The translations under genes and the position numbers were made by a program. A stretch of 64,000 bases of DNA, taken from assembly GCA_031549365.1 (NCBI GenBank), contig JAVBPX010000003.1, positions 8,703 to 72,702 on the forward strand, written 5' to 3'. This DNA comes from Alphaproteobacteria bacterium (GTDB lineage: Bacteria; Pseudomonadota; Alphaproteobacteria; Rs-D84). Positions 1 to 13,000 of this stretch are shown piece after piece (position 1 is the stretch's first letter; every line of letters starts with the position of its first letter). The notes beneath the pieces are model-generated. The model was not told the origin of the DNA and made no database searches. It was given only the letters and a program-made list of their open reading frames with translations.

Positions 1-707
1 GCCCAATCAATATCATCGCGTGTTAAATTTAACTTATTCATAACGGCCAATGCTGCTTCGGGCATGCGTTGAACTGCCTGACGATATACGTCGGATCCCT
101 CCATATAAATGGTGCGATTATCTGTGGCGTGTAACATTTTTAAATATTCGCCATTTGCAAAAATTTCCGTTCCCAAAATTCCCATTCCTGGTTCATCGAT
201 TGCCTCGAAAATCATGCACCCTGCCCCATCGCCAAATAAAACGGCCGTGTTGCGATCGGTCCAATCAACCATTTGCGACATTTTTTCAGCCCCAATTACC
301 ATTATGCGCTTGAACATTCCAGCCGCAAAAAACGCGCGCGCTTGGTGTAACGCATAAATAAACCCAGTACAAGCACCACGGACATCCATCGCAGGCGCAC
401 CATGAAACATTCCAATTTTATTTTGAACAATACACGCAACCGACGGAAATTCCAAATCTGGCGTTGTTGTTGCAACCAACAATAAATCAATATCCGCCGC
501 TGTTAATCCAGCATTTTTCAATGCACGTTCCGCCGCACGCGCGGCCATGTCGGATGTTTTTTCCAATGGACTGGCTATGTGGCGTTCTTTGATACCTGTA
601 CGCGACGCAATCCATTCGTCGGTTGTATCCAATGTTTTTTCCAAATCTTTGTTCGTCAAAATTTTTTCAGGCAAATAAGAACCCGAAGCAACTAGTTTAC
701 AAAACAT
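1..707 (-). CDS. fabH: 3-oxoacyl-ACP synthase III (FabH); partial, 3' end lies outside the window
   Basis: Manual minus-strand translation from the ATG at 707 gives MFCKLVASGSYLPEKILTNKDLEKTLDTTDEWIASRTGIKERHIASPLEK..., with no stop down to position 1. This is a typical FabH N-terminus. The position after plsX and rpmF fits the conserved operon. Confidence 0.85.
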   Translation of the reverse strand, partial: MFCKLVASGSYLPEKILTNKDLEKTLDTTDEWIASRTGIKERHIASPLEKTSDMAARAAERALKNAGLTAADIDLLLVATTTPDLEFPSVACIVQNKIGMFHGAPAMDVRGACTGFIYALHQARAFFAAGMFKRIMVIGAEKMSQMVDWTDRNTAVLFGDGAGCMIFEAIDEPGMGILGTEIFANGEYLKMLHATDNRTIYMEGSDVYRQAVQRMPEAALAVMNKLNLTRDDIDW

Positions 708-709
708 AA

Positions 710-1774
710 TTATGCCTCCACCACTTGTTGTTTTACATCTTTAACCGCAGCCACAGCACGTTGAATATGGCCGTTAAAGTCATTGGTTGACAATTCCAAG
801 GCATATTTGACAGCATTGGCAAAAGTCAATACGTCTGAATTTCCATGGGTTTTTACAACAAATCCGTTTAATCCAATGAACACAGCGCCGGCGTACGAAC
901 GCGGATCCAATTTGGCCTTTAATCTTTTGAATACGTGGAACAAGAAAAACGACATCAAAATCGCAATTAACGATTTTTTAAATGTATCTTTCATAACACG
1001 CGTGATTAATTTTGCGGTACCTTCGACCGTCTTTAAAACAATATTTCCCGTGAAACCATCGGTAACAACAACCTCGACCACGCCGTGGCTGATGTCATTA
1101 CCCTCGACAAAGCCGATATATTCAAATGGTAATTTTTCAGAATTATTTTTAAAAGCAGTATTCACATTGCGCAATGAATCCAGACCTTTTTGATCCTCTT
1201 CGCCAATGTTTAATAAACCCAATTTTGGATGATTTACCCCGCCCATAGTTTTGGCATATACAGATCCCATTACTGCGAAATCTATTAAATTTTCCTCATC
1301 GCACACTGCATTTGCACCCAAATCCAACAATACTACTTTTTTATCACCGCCGCCGGCTGGCAACATTGTAACGATTGCCGGGCGCGAAATACCATCAATC
1401 GTTTTTAATGACAATTTGGACAAAGCCATTAAAATTCCCGTATTTCCTGCGGAAATGATTGCTATGGAATTACCCTCTCGCACGTCTTTGATTGCCATGT
1501 ACATACTGGTATTTTGGGATGTTCGAATTATTTCACGTAATTTATCAGTCCCATTAATTTTATCAGGGGCATGAATAATCGTTGAATATTTTGCAACGCG
1601 CGGATACTTTTTAAATAACGCGCGCATTTTAGCCTCGGGCCCGAATACACGAAAATGAATATCGACAGAATCGGCATTAGTAAACAAAAAATGATTCAAT
1701 CCTGCAATAACGTCAACAGGGGCGCGATCGCCCCCCATTGCATCAATTGCAAAAACGTATTGTTTGTGCTTCAT
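710..1774 (-). CDS. plsX: phosphate acyltransferase PlsX
   Basis: 354-aa ORF starting MKHKQYVFAIDAMGGDRAP, which is the PlsX signature. It sits between rpmF and fabH. Confidence 0.9.
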   Translation of the reverse strand: MKHKQYVFAIDAMGGDRAPVDVIAGLNHFLFTNADSVDIHFRVFGPEAKMRALFKKYPRVAKYSTIIHAPDKINGTDKLREIIRTSQNTSMYMAIKDVREGNSIAIISAGNTGILMALSKLSLKTIDGISRPAIVTMLPAGGGDKKVVLLDLGANAVCDEENLIDFAVMGSVYAKTMGGVNHPKLGLLNIGEEDQKGLDSLRNVNTAFKNNSEKLPFEYIGFVEGNDISHGVVEVVVTDGFTGNIVLKTVEGTAKLITRVMKDTFKKSLIAILMSFFLFHVFKRLKAKLDPRSYAGAVFIGLNGFVVKTHGNSDVLTFANAVKYALELSTNDFNGHIQRAVAAVKDVKQQVVEA

Positions 1775-1798
1775 GAATTCCCGTTGATAATATTGTTA

Positions 1799-1972
1799 TT
1801 ATTTTGAAATAACGTTTTTATCGTTGTAAGTTCCACAAGATGGGCATACATGATGTGGGCGCTTTCTTTCGCCACATTTTTTGCATGTACCAGATGTTTC
1901 AATTGCAATCGCATCATGTGCACGGCGCATATCACGACGAGATTTAGAAGTTTTCTTTTTTGGAGTTGCCAT
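1799..1972 (-). CDS. rpmF: 50S ribosomal protein L32
   Basis: Manual translation gives [57 protein letters not shown] (57 aa). This is an L32 zinc-ribbon protein. It is absent from the ORF track because it is under 60 aa. Confidence 0.85.
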   Translation of the reverse strand: MATPKKKTSKSRRDMRRAHDAIAIETSGTCKKCGERKRPHHVCPSCGTYNDKNVISK

Positions 1973-2087
1973 TTTGGTTTCCTTTGGTTAGCCCCCCTAT
2001 TTTAACCATATTGTTTATAATTTCAAGTGAATTTTTGAAAAACGGTTGCAAAATGCCGTATTCAGGTTATAATACAGGGACAATTAT

Positions 2088-3839
2088 ATGAGGTTTGATA
2101 TGGTTTTAAAAAAATTATCAGCAACTTTTGATTCTGTTGCAAAAAATATAGGGTTAACATCTGCACTGGATTTTGTTCCTTCGAATCGTCCAGATTTGGC
2201 GGATTTTCAATCAAATGATGCCATGAAACTGGCAAAAACCATTGGAACAACCCCACGCGAATTGGCCGAAAAAATCGTTGGTGAATTAAAAAAACATGAT
2301 GAAATTGCGGATGCCTCCGTTGCCGGCCCCGGTTTTATCAACATTAAAATTTCAGACAAATTTTTAATTAATGCCGCGAATGAATCAATTTCGGATAAAT
2401 TTCAAATATCCGCGCCCGAAAAACCATTTGTAATTGATTTGGATTACGGCAGTTATAATATTGCCAAGGCATTACACATCGGGCATTTACGCACAACCGT
2501 TGTTGGCGATACATTAAACAGAATTTCCAAATTTTTGGGACACAAAACAATTTCATACAATCATATTGGTGATTGGGGGCGCCCAATGGGAATGGTAATT
2601 TGCTGGATACGCAAATTACATCCAGAATGGCCTTTTTTCCAAACGAATTTTGATCCGAATATGGATTTATCCGAATATAAAATTGATGCGCGCGATCTGG
2701 AATACTATTACCCACTGGCCAGCGACTATGCCAAACAAGACCCCGAATTCATGGATTTGGTAAAAAAAACTACAACTGAATTCCAAGCTGGGCATCCTGG
2801 GTATCAGGCTTTGTATAAATTATTCCTGCCTATTTCGATTGCCGACATCGAAGATTTGTTAAACGATTTAAACGTATTGCCATATGATTATTGGCATGGC
2901 GAAAAAAATGCGTCCAAAAATGTGCCCGCTGTTGAAAAATTATTGCGTGATAAAAATTTATTGATATTGGATGATGGTGCCATGATTGTGCGTGTTGCGA
3001 CTGAAAATGACAATGCCCCCATGCCGCCATTAATATTCGAATCGTCCCATGGTGCCGATACATACGGGGCCACCGATTTGGGCGCAATTTATTACCGCGT
3101 AAATAACGACCATTGCGATTTTAATTGGTATTTTACCGATTTACGTCAAAAGCTCCATTTTACCCAGGTTTTTCGCGTGGCGGAAATGATTGGATTAACC
3201 GAACACACAAAAATGGAGCATTTGGGTTTTGGAACAATTACTGGCGCTGATGGCAAACCATTTAAAACACGCGATGGCGGTGTTCCTACGTTGCGGGGCA
3301 TTATTGATATGCTGATTGAATCTGTGCAAAAACGCGTTGCGGACGCAGGTAAAGAATTATCACATGACCAAATTAAATCAATCGCGATTTCTGCATTAAA
3401 ATTTAATGATTTGATGCATGATAATAAATCCGATTATGTATTTGATCCGGACATGGTTACAAATTTCGAGGGGAAAACTGGCCCATATATTTTATATACC
3501 GCCGTTCGTATGAATTCAATTTTGAAACGTGCTGGCGAAATTAAATCTGTTGAATATTCAAATGCATTGGATCCAATGGAACGTTCGTTATTATTGGCTA
3601 TGTTGGATTTTGAACGTACATTGAACCGATCATTTGATTCGCGCACGCCGGACGTATTGGCAAATTATACGTATGATTTGGCACAAATTATAAATACTTA
3701 TTACCACCATTTCCCTATTATGCGTGATGATTTGGATGACAAAACACGCGTGTTCCGATTGAAAATGATTTCATCTGCATACACTGTTTTATCATCCGCA
3801 ATTAATTTAATGGGTATGAACGTGCCGGAAAATATGTAG
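2088..3839 (+). CDS. argS: arginyl-tRNA synthetase
   Basis: 583-aa ORF with a class I HIGH motif (KALHIGHLR) and ArgRS-like anticodon-binding C-terminus. Confidence 0.88.
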   Translation: MRFDMVLKKLSATFDSVAKNIGLTSALDFVPSNRPDLADFQSNDAMKLAKTIGTTPRELAEKIVGELKKHDEIADASVAGPGFINIKISDKFLINAANESISDKFQISAPEKPFVIDLDYGSYNIAKALHIGHLRTTVVGDTLNRISKFLGHKTISYNHIGDWGRPMGMVICWIRKLHPEWPFFQTNFDPNMDLSEYKIDARDLEYYYPLASDYAKQDPEFMDLVKKTTTEFQAGHPGYQALYKLFLPISIADIEDLLNDLNVLPYDYWHGEKNASKNVPAVEKLLRDKNLLILDDGAMIVRVATENDNAPMPPLIFESSHGADTYGATDLGAIYYRVNNDHCDFNWYFTDLRQKLHFTQVFRVAEMIGLTEHTKMEHLGFGTITGADGKPFKTRDGGVPTLRGIIDMLIESVQKRVADAGKELSHDQIKSIAISALKFNDLMHDNKSDYVFDPDMVTNFEGKTGPYILYTAVRMNSILKRAGEIKSVEYSNALDPMERSLLLAMLDFERTLNRSFDSRTPDVLANYTYDLAQIINTYYHHFPIMRDDLDDKTRVFRLKMISSAYTVLSSAINLMGMNVPENM

Positions 3840-3846
3840 CTTTAAA

Positions 3847-3872
3847 AAACCGTGTATTTCACGGTTTTTTTA
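3847..3872 (+). terminator. rho-independent terminator after argS
   Basis: Hairpin aaccgtg-tattt-cacggtt followed by a T-run. Confidence 0.6.
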
Positions 3873-4062
3873 TTAAAAGCGCCATCTCTCTGGACAAAGA
3901 ATCCCCCTGTGTTATCAAAAAATTTTATAACCTGGGGATAATACATATCAACAATCAAAAATTTCATTTAAAAAAAAATATATTTTAATGCACTTTTGCC
4001 TTGCGCGACCCAGTGATATTTTAGTATTGTGTTCCTGTGAAGTGTGGGAGCATTATGGAAAG

Positions 4063-7000
4063 ATGTTAAAAAAGTTAAATTCTTTTCTAGGTTTTTTTGC
4101 CTATTTTTCTGTGTTTTTATACACTGCGGGCCCTGCACAGGCAACTGATTGGCACGTGCCGACCGATTCTTTGCAAACCGCTATTGAAAACGCGACGGAC
4201 GATGACAATATAATAATTGACGCCGAAGTAACCAGCAATTTGGCGTTAACCCCAACACCTTTTGTAATCGATAAAAAGCTACATTATTCCAGTAATCCAC
4301 CGGGCCCATATGCAATAAATATGTATGTTAGTGCTGTTGCAGACTCTAACCGTCATTTTAATTTTTCATCTGGGGCTTCGGGAACTACTTTTACCAACCT
4401 TGCGCTGAATAATATTATGAATGTTGGGTTATCAGCTGCAATATCTATGGGCGGGGCAATTTATACCGATGGCGCTGATTTGACTTTGAACGGGGTAACA
4501 TTTGGCGGGACCCGTGGCAATCGCGTAGCAGATGCTGGGGGCGCAATTTATAGCATAAACGGCAACCTTGTAATAAACGATGGTTCCCGCTTTTCAACCA
4601 GCTCGGCCCTGTCGGCAACCAGCACGGGGGGTGCAATTTATATTGAATCCGCAACCTTGGAAATAAATGACTCTGTTAATTTCACAACTAACAAGGCGGC
4701 ATTGGGTGGCGCAATTTATGCAAAAGACACCGCCATAACATTAACTGGAAATACCAATTTTACATCAAATGCTGCGACTGGCGGGTTAAATTTGGGTGGG
4801 GCAATTTATTCTGATGGCGGTGACATAACAATTGATGCGGCAACGTTTAATTTAAATACTGCGACAAATGGCGCCGGGATATATATAACAGGTGCAGACA
4901 TTGATATCACCGGGGCTGCGTCATTTACATCAAACACCGCGACCGAATCTGGGGGCGCAATTTATTCTGATGGCGACTATATAACAATTGGCGATGGTGT
5001 CTATTTTATTTCTAACAAGGCGAAAATCGGTGGCGCAATTTACGCAAAAGATGTGTTAATAACATTAAATGGGGCCAATATTTTCACTTCAAATGCTGCA
5101 ACCGGCGGATTAAATCTGGGTGGCGCAATTTATTCTGATGGCGGAGACATAACAATTGATACAGCAACGTTTAATTTAAATACTGCGACAAATGGCGCCG
5201 GGATATATATAACAGGCGCAGACATTGATATCACCGGGGCTGCGTCATTTACATCAAACACCGCAACAAATTTGGGTGGTGCAATTTATTCTGATGATGG
5301 CGATATAACAATTTCCTATGGCACCAGTTTTACTTCTAACAAGGCAGCAAATGGTGGCGCAATATATATTAATAGCGGAAATCTTGATATTGACACTGCA
5401 ACATTTGCATCAAATACTGGAACAACTGCTGGCGGCGCAATTTTCGCCCAAGGCGATGGAATAACAATGAATATTGCTGGTATTGATGGAAACGACATGG
5501 CAATATTCCAGGGCAATATCAGTTCCGGAAATTTGGATTCCGTACGTAAAATTGGCGCAGGCGCAATATTTTTCGACGGAATAACAGCGGTTACGGACGC
5601 TTCGTTTGATTCAGGGTTCGACCCCAGCGCGTGCGCATTGTGCATTTCATATACCAAATTCGATTCGAACAAGGCAAATGCCAGCGTTGGCGGCGCAATG
5701 TATATTAATAATACCACCGCAACAATTTTGAACAGTGAATTTTCTAGCAATACGACTGGTGTCAATGGTGGCACAATGGGTGCTGCGATTTATAATGGAC
5801 CCGGGGCGAAAACATACATCGAAAATACTTCCTTTATCGGCAATTCAACTATTGCTTCTGCGGCATATGGTGGGGCTATTTATAATTCTGGATTTATGAA
5901 ACTGGTTAATGTTACCGTTTCTGGCAACAGCGCAAAAACATGGGGCGGCGCCGTTTTAAGCGGGGGAAACTTTAATAACGGGGAAGCAGAATTTTCCCCC
6001 GAGATAACAGTTATTGATAGCTATTTTTATCAAAACCTCTCTATCGGGGGCGGTGGCGCGTTTGGCTCTGCCGATAATTCAGCAAGGGCAGATGTTATAA
6101 ATACTAAATTTATTGAAAATTCTGCTCAACACGGTGGTGCGATTTATAATGAAACTGTTGTTAATATAAAAGATTCTGAATTCACCAACAATATTGGAAC
6201 AAATGGCGGAACCGGTGGCGGCGCTATATGGAGTGGTGCAAACTGGGCCATTGGTGAAAAACTTGATTTAACCGTCGATAATTCGACATTCACTGGGAAC
6301 AGAACCAGTTCCGCGGGCGGCGCAATATATTTAAACATATCATCTACTACTACAACTGATCCACGCTTTCCCGACTGGAAATACCCGGACACGAATACAA
6401 CCAGGATTACAAATTCTTCGTTCAACAATAATCTGACGACTGGCACTGGAAATGGCGGGGCAATTTATGCCAACGTTTCCCTGGGGGGATCTTTGATCCA
6501 AGACAGAAAATTAATACTGGATATTGATACTGTTACTTTTGATGGAAATTCTTCCGGGGGTAATGGGGGGGCGATTTTTATCAGCACTGAATATGCCGAC
6601 ACCGCAAACAACAAGGTTGGTACTGCGACATTAACAATTAACGACACAGACTTTACAAACAATGTGGCCGCGACAAATGGTGGCGCTATATACGGATCTA
6701 TGACCAGAGCGGGATCGGAATTGAACATAACTCTGTCTGATGTTGACTTTGATTCCAATACGGCCGGCACAAGTGGGGGCGCGCTGTATTTGTCCGGACA
6801 ATCGGCAACAACCAGACAAAATACAACAATATCAAATTCAACTTTTGACAATAACAAAGTTAGACGAATTGCCGTAATTGGCGCATCATACACGTTGAGT
6901 GGCGGGGCGATAAATAATGCTCAGAATTCAGACCTGATCTTTATCGGCAACCACGAATTTAACGCAAACAATATTGATGGATCTTTGACCAACACAGGGA

Positions 7001-10000
7001 CCGGAACAGCCAATTTTAGTTTGACCATGAATGCATACGGCAGCGCGATTTACAACGCAACAAACAGCACCATAGATTTTGGAACATTTGTGTTTGAATT
7101 TAATGAAAACTTTGCAGAATCTGTTGTTAATGCAACAAATTCGGGAACTTTTGTTTCAACCTCCACCGCAAATGCACATGGCGGGGCGTTTTATAATTCT
7201 GTAAACACGACAATTGAATTTAACCCAGGTTCAGTATTTGATGAAAATTCTGTATACGCCGAGGCGAATTCGACAAACACCGGAACTGGCGCTGCAAACG
7301 CCACAGCCAATGCATATGGTGGCGCAATTTATAATTCCGCCGCAGGGATTATAAATATTCAAAACTCGTCCATATTCGTGAATAATGCCGCGGCGGCTGT
7401 TGCAACGTCAACTGGATCCGGGACAAAAACAACAAATGCAAATGCTTATGGCGGCGCGATTTATAATACAGGAACAAATTCAGAAATTAATATTATGGGT
7501 CTCGAAAAAACTGGAATCGACGAAACCCGTGTTGTATTCCGCGGGAACAGCGTAATCGGTGGTGCTGCTAATACATTTGGTGGTGCGATTTATAATGCTG
7601 CCAAATTAAATATTACATACGCATTGTTTGAAAACAATCTGTCATCGGGACTTGGCGGCGCGATTTATTCCGCAAATCTGCCAATTACATTTGATGAAAT
7701 TGAATTTTCCGGAAATTCTTCTGATGTTGCCGGAGGCGCACTGTATATTAATGTTGCAGCCGGGACATTTAATCTGAATAATGTAACATTTACGTCTAAT
7801 TCGTCGCTTGATGGTGGAGCATTTTATTCCAAAATGGCAACAAATGTTTCCGATACTGTTTCGTTTACAGACAATACTGCGACCGGATTCGGCGGAGCAT
7901 GGTATATCAACAGCGGAACTGTAAATTTAAATGCTGCTACATTTACTGGAAACTCTGCCGCAACAGGTGGTGGCGCAATCTATAACAATGGAACATTAAA
8001 TGTTAATGGCGGCACAACATTCGCAAACAATTCTTCGACAACGGCCGGCGGCGCGATTTATACAATGCAAAATCTGACATTGAATTCAACAGCCGGCAAT
8101 ATAAATTTCACAAACAATACTGTTGCTGGTGTTGGGAACGATATTTATATCAATGGGATTACAGCACGTACAATTACAATTAATGGAACAACAAACAATG
8201 TCATTATGAACGGCGGCTTTGCAACCAATGGCACACCAAACAGCGGTAATCACACTATTACAAAAACTAATGCTGGCAACTTGCTGGTTACCGGCGATAA
8301 TTTTGGATTTACCGGGACGTCGACAATATCCGGAGGCCAAGCAATCATAGATGGCAAATGGATAAACGGATTAACAACGGTTAACAACGCCCTGCTCCGC
8401 GTGACCAGCGAAACTGTTCATGAACGCGTAACCGTCGCCAATTCTGCTGGAATTTTTGAACATTTATCAAATTCTTTGACCAGGTCAGACATTGCAAATA
8501 CCAATTTTAAATTTTCTGTTGGATCTGGCGCAACGATGAAATTTATGGCAGATTCTTCACTGGTTGGACAATTGGCAAAATATAATTTGGCAAATAATTT
8601 GGCGTTTACACTTGTCGGAACAAACAATGTATTGTTCAAAGATTCTGATGTTACATTTGGGATTAATTCATATCTGAAAAATTCCAATGGATGGATAAAT
8701 TACACATTCCAGGATTCTGTTATCAACCTGGGCAATGCGGCCATCGAAACAACCAGTTTTCAGCAAATAACATTGGATAACGCAAAATTGTCATTTGATG
8801 TCGGCTTTAAAACTGATGGAACTATTGATTCGGATAAAATTGCAATCACAACATTGGGCGGAGAGAATACAATAAAACTGGGTAATGTTTATTCCGTGAA
8901 CGGACAAAATGACAACGGTTTGACACAGGTTTATACTTCCCAGGTTTTAATGCCAACTGGATTAAATTTCGATTCGTCATTAACCACAACAGTTAAATCT
9001 GATATATACGAATATCTGGCGACCGTCAGTGGGAAAAATGTAACCCTGACTGTTATTGGGGCCGCGGATGAAAATTCTTTGTATGCTGCAAATGCGCAAA
9101 CGGGAACACGCTCGTTTAATATGACATATTTTACGGCGACACCATATACATACAACATCGGTCAAAACCTGGGGGCTACGTCAAATGGGACATTTAATGT
9201 TGTTGGAAATTCAGCTGCAACCAGTATAATTTCTGGAATATTGGTCGATTCTGATGGCACACCAATTGGGGGCAAAGGATCATTCTTTGACGTTTCCGGC
9301 ACAACAAATTTAACACTGGAAGCTATCAGCATTGTTGATGCATACAAACTGGGCGATGGCTCTGTATTGTCTGTTAACGGAGGCGGATCTACAATTAATT
9401 TAAACAGCCTAACTTTGGCAAATAACGAAGCAACCGCGAATGGTGGTGCGATTTATAATTCTGGCGTTATAACAGTTACTGGCAACAGTAGTTTTGAAAA
9501 CAATATTGCGGGATTAAATGGTGGTGCGATTTATAATTCTGGGACTTTATTTTTGAATTCAAACACAGGGAACATCGTATTCTCAGGCAACACCGCAACT
9601 GGGGATGGGAATGACATATACAACAATAGCGGCACAATAAATATTAACGGAACTGGGAATGATGTAATTTTCAATGGGGGAATCGCTGGAAACGGAACCA
9701 TCAATAAATCCGGAGCCGGACGATTGGTTATAAACGCCGATGTTTCTGATTTTAATGGGATATTTGCTCAGAGTGCCGGGACAACAATATTTTCAGACGT
9801 CATGTTTGATGGCAATATTAACGTTTCTGGGGGAACCGTTGAAATTGCAAATGGTGGTGAATTTTCAAATAACTCTGTGCTTGGATTATCCAGCGGCGGC
9901 ACACTAAATATTACAACGGGATCAAACATTATACTGACTGGTGGAAATTTAACTGGACTTTCTGGAACATACGGAACGGTTAATAAATCTGGGGCAATGG

Positions 10001-13000
10001 ATTTGATTTTGGATGGAAATAATTCCGTATTCCGCGGCATATATAACCAAACGGCGGGCAGAACCCTTGTTGATTCCACAAGTTTGATGTTTAATGGCAC
10101 AAATAATATTTCAAACAGTATTTTGGAAATTTCGGCATTGACTGTATATGAAAAAGCAAACATTGGCAACAATGGTCAACTGATACATACCGCGGAAATT
10201 GCTATAACTTCGGCAATTAATGATGGAAATACAAATTTACAGTTTATTGGAACTGGCGGCAGCATGCTGTTCGATGCATCCACGTCTTTGGCAAACGGAA
10301 CCAATTATAATTTGGCCAATAAAATTGATAACGGCAATTCAAATACTGTTACTTTTAGTAAATCAAATGTTTTATTGGGGGCAACAGATTACACAGGTGG
10401 AACCACATACGCATTTAGCAATTCCACGATTGATTTAAATTCTGGGGCACTGAACAATGTTGTATTTTCCAAGACCAAATTAACCAATGCAAAGCTGTCA
10501 TTTGATACGCGTTTTGCAATGTCCGGAAGCGATCCTGTATTAACATCAGATACATTTAATGCGGGCACATTATCAGGGGACAGCACGATAAACATCGGAA
10601 TAATAAGAATTTTGAACGATGATGCGGACACAGGACTGTCCGGGATGTATACGTCCCAAGTATTGTCTGATTCATCGTCTCTGACCTTTGGCGGATCTTT
10701 GGACACGATGTATTTGTCTACGAATGTTTATGAATACGAGGTTACAACCAACGGGAAAAACGTCCAACTGTCTGTTGTAAATGCTGCGGATATAAATTCT
10801 TTGTACAGAATGAACGACACAGCAAACAAACGCGGATTTAATATATCATATTTTTCTGGCTCTGCTGTTTATTACAACATCGGACAAAGTTTGGGCATAA
10901 CCAAAGACGGGGAATTTATAGTCCAAGGTTTTGACAATGATCCAGAACATGGTATAATTTCCGGTGAAATAGTTGATCAAAACGGCGATTCAACTGACTC
11001 TTATGGCTCATTCTTTAAACTGGCCGGGGCTACGATTTTTACATTGAAAAACCTGACTATCGAAGACGCGTATTCTGTTGGTTCTGGATCTGTGCTGTCT
11101 GTGACTGGGGCAGCGTCATCCGCATTGGTTGAAAATATGATATTGCAAAATAATGAATCCGTCGGAAACGGTGGTGCTGTTTATGCGACTGCTGGGGAAT
11201 TGCATATCGGGCAAGCAATTTTTGATTCGAATAAATCCGGTGCAAATGGTGGGGCGATTTATAATTCGGGTAATACATCTTCTGTTGGGACAACAAAATT
11301 CGAAACTAATGTCGCTGTTTCAACCGGTGGGGCGATTTATAATTCGGGCACCATCAGCTTTGCCGACTTGGTTGAATTCATTTCGAACAGATCGGTTGAT
11401 GGTGCGGCTGTTTATAATACTGGGACCACTGGATTTAACGGCGTTACAAATATACAGTCAAATATCGCCACAGGCAACGGTGCTTTATATAATTCTGGGA
11501 ACACTACATTCTATAACGAAGTTAACATGATCGCAAACTCGTCTTTAAACGGCGGTGCAGTTTATACAAATGGCGGCTTGTTAAGCCTGAGAGCTTTGGC
11601 AAACTTTGAAAACAATAATGCAACAACAAGCGGTGGCGCATGGTATATAAATTCTGGAACAATAACAGTTCTGGACGAATTGATACTTGACTCTAATTCT
11701 GCGAACGCTGGAAATGGCGGCGCAGTATATGTATCCAATGGCGGCACATTAAACATAAACGGTGATGCAACAATATCGGATAACGATGCTCTGTCTGGGT
11801 TCGGTGGCGGAATATATCTGGCTGGAAATATGAATCTGGGCGGAACATCAGCAACAGATATTGTGTTCAGTGGAAATTCTGATAGCTCTGGGTTAAACGA
11901 CGTTCACATTGCGAATACTGGCGTATTGTCTGCAATTGGCTCTGGCACATACAGCTTTGATGGGGGCATTTCTGGCGATACAGGATCCGCAATATCCGTC
12001 AGTGGTGCCGGGGCCCGATTCAGCGCAGAAATGACCGACTTTATCGGAAATTACACTCAAAGTGGGACTCTGTCGTTATCGCAAATATATGGTATATTAA
12101 ATGCAAATTATACTATAACCAATGGGGTCGCTCAATTCATCGATTCTGGATTATCCGCGGGCAAAACGATCACTGTTAATGGGAACGGTATTGCACAATA
12201 TTTGGGTTTAAATTCTGATAATCTGGGAACTGTTACAGGGTCTGGGACATTGGTTGTTGCCAACACATTGACCAATACTGGCACGATTGATGTTGGAACA
12301 TTGCGCATTAATTTTGACACCATAAACGACGGTACTATTGATTCTGATTCAACAATTATAAATGCGGATGTTACCAATAATTCCGCAATATCTGGAACCG
12401 GGACAACAACAATTATGGATGGTGCCAATTTATTAAATCTGGGCACAATTCAACAAAATCGATTAATTATAAATTCTGGTGCAATAACTGAAACAATTGC
12501 TGATGATTTGACGATTGCTAATGGAATTACAAACAATGGAACACTGATATTTAATGGCGGGACCAATGCAAACGTTATATCTGGGAGCGGCCTTTTACAA
12601 ATTATTGATGATGTAAATAACACTGCTTTGATTTCCATTGGAGATGTAGAAATCATATCCGGCAAAGAATTTAATTCCAACGCATCAAAAATTTCCGCAT
12701 CAAATGCCATACAGAACCAAGGTTTGTTGAATCTGTACGGCAATGGCACATGGACTTCTGCCGTAACGGGGACAGACGGAACCACAACATTTGGCAATGG
12801 CACTCTTAATAATACCGCCACAATCCAACAAAAGGGCTTGGTTGTAAATGGGGATGGTATATTTATTACTGATGGTGGATTAATACAAACCGGCGACGAT
12901 GGAATAATAGTAAACGGCACACTTAATGTTACCAGGGGGAATTTGACCGCTCAAACAATATCCTTGGTATCGTCTGGACCATCTGATGTTCCGACATTTG

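Noticed and set aside
50-490. Short + strand ORFs (87 aa and 82 aa) and a 62-aa - strand ORF at the window start.
   Set aside because: They overlap the in-frame fabH coding sequence on the minus strand, which was verified by manual translation with no stops.
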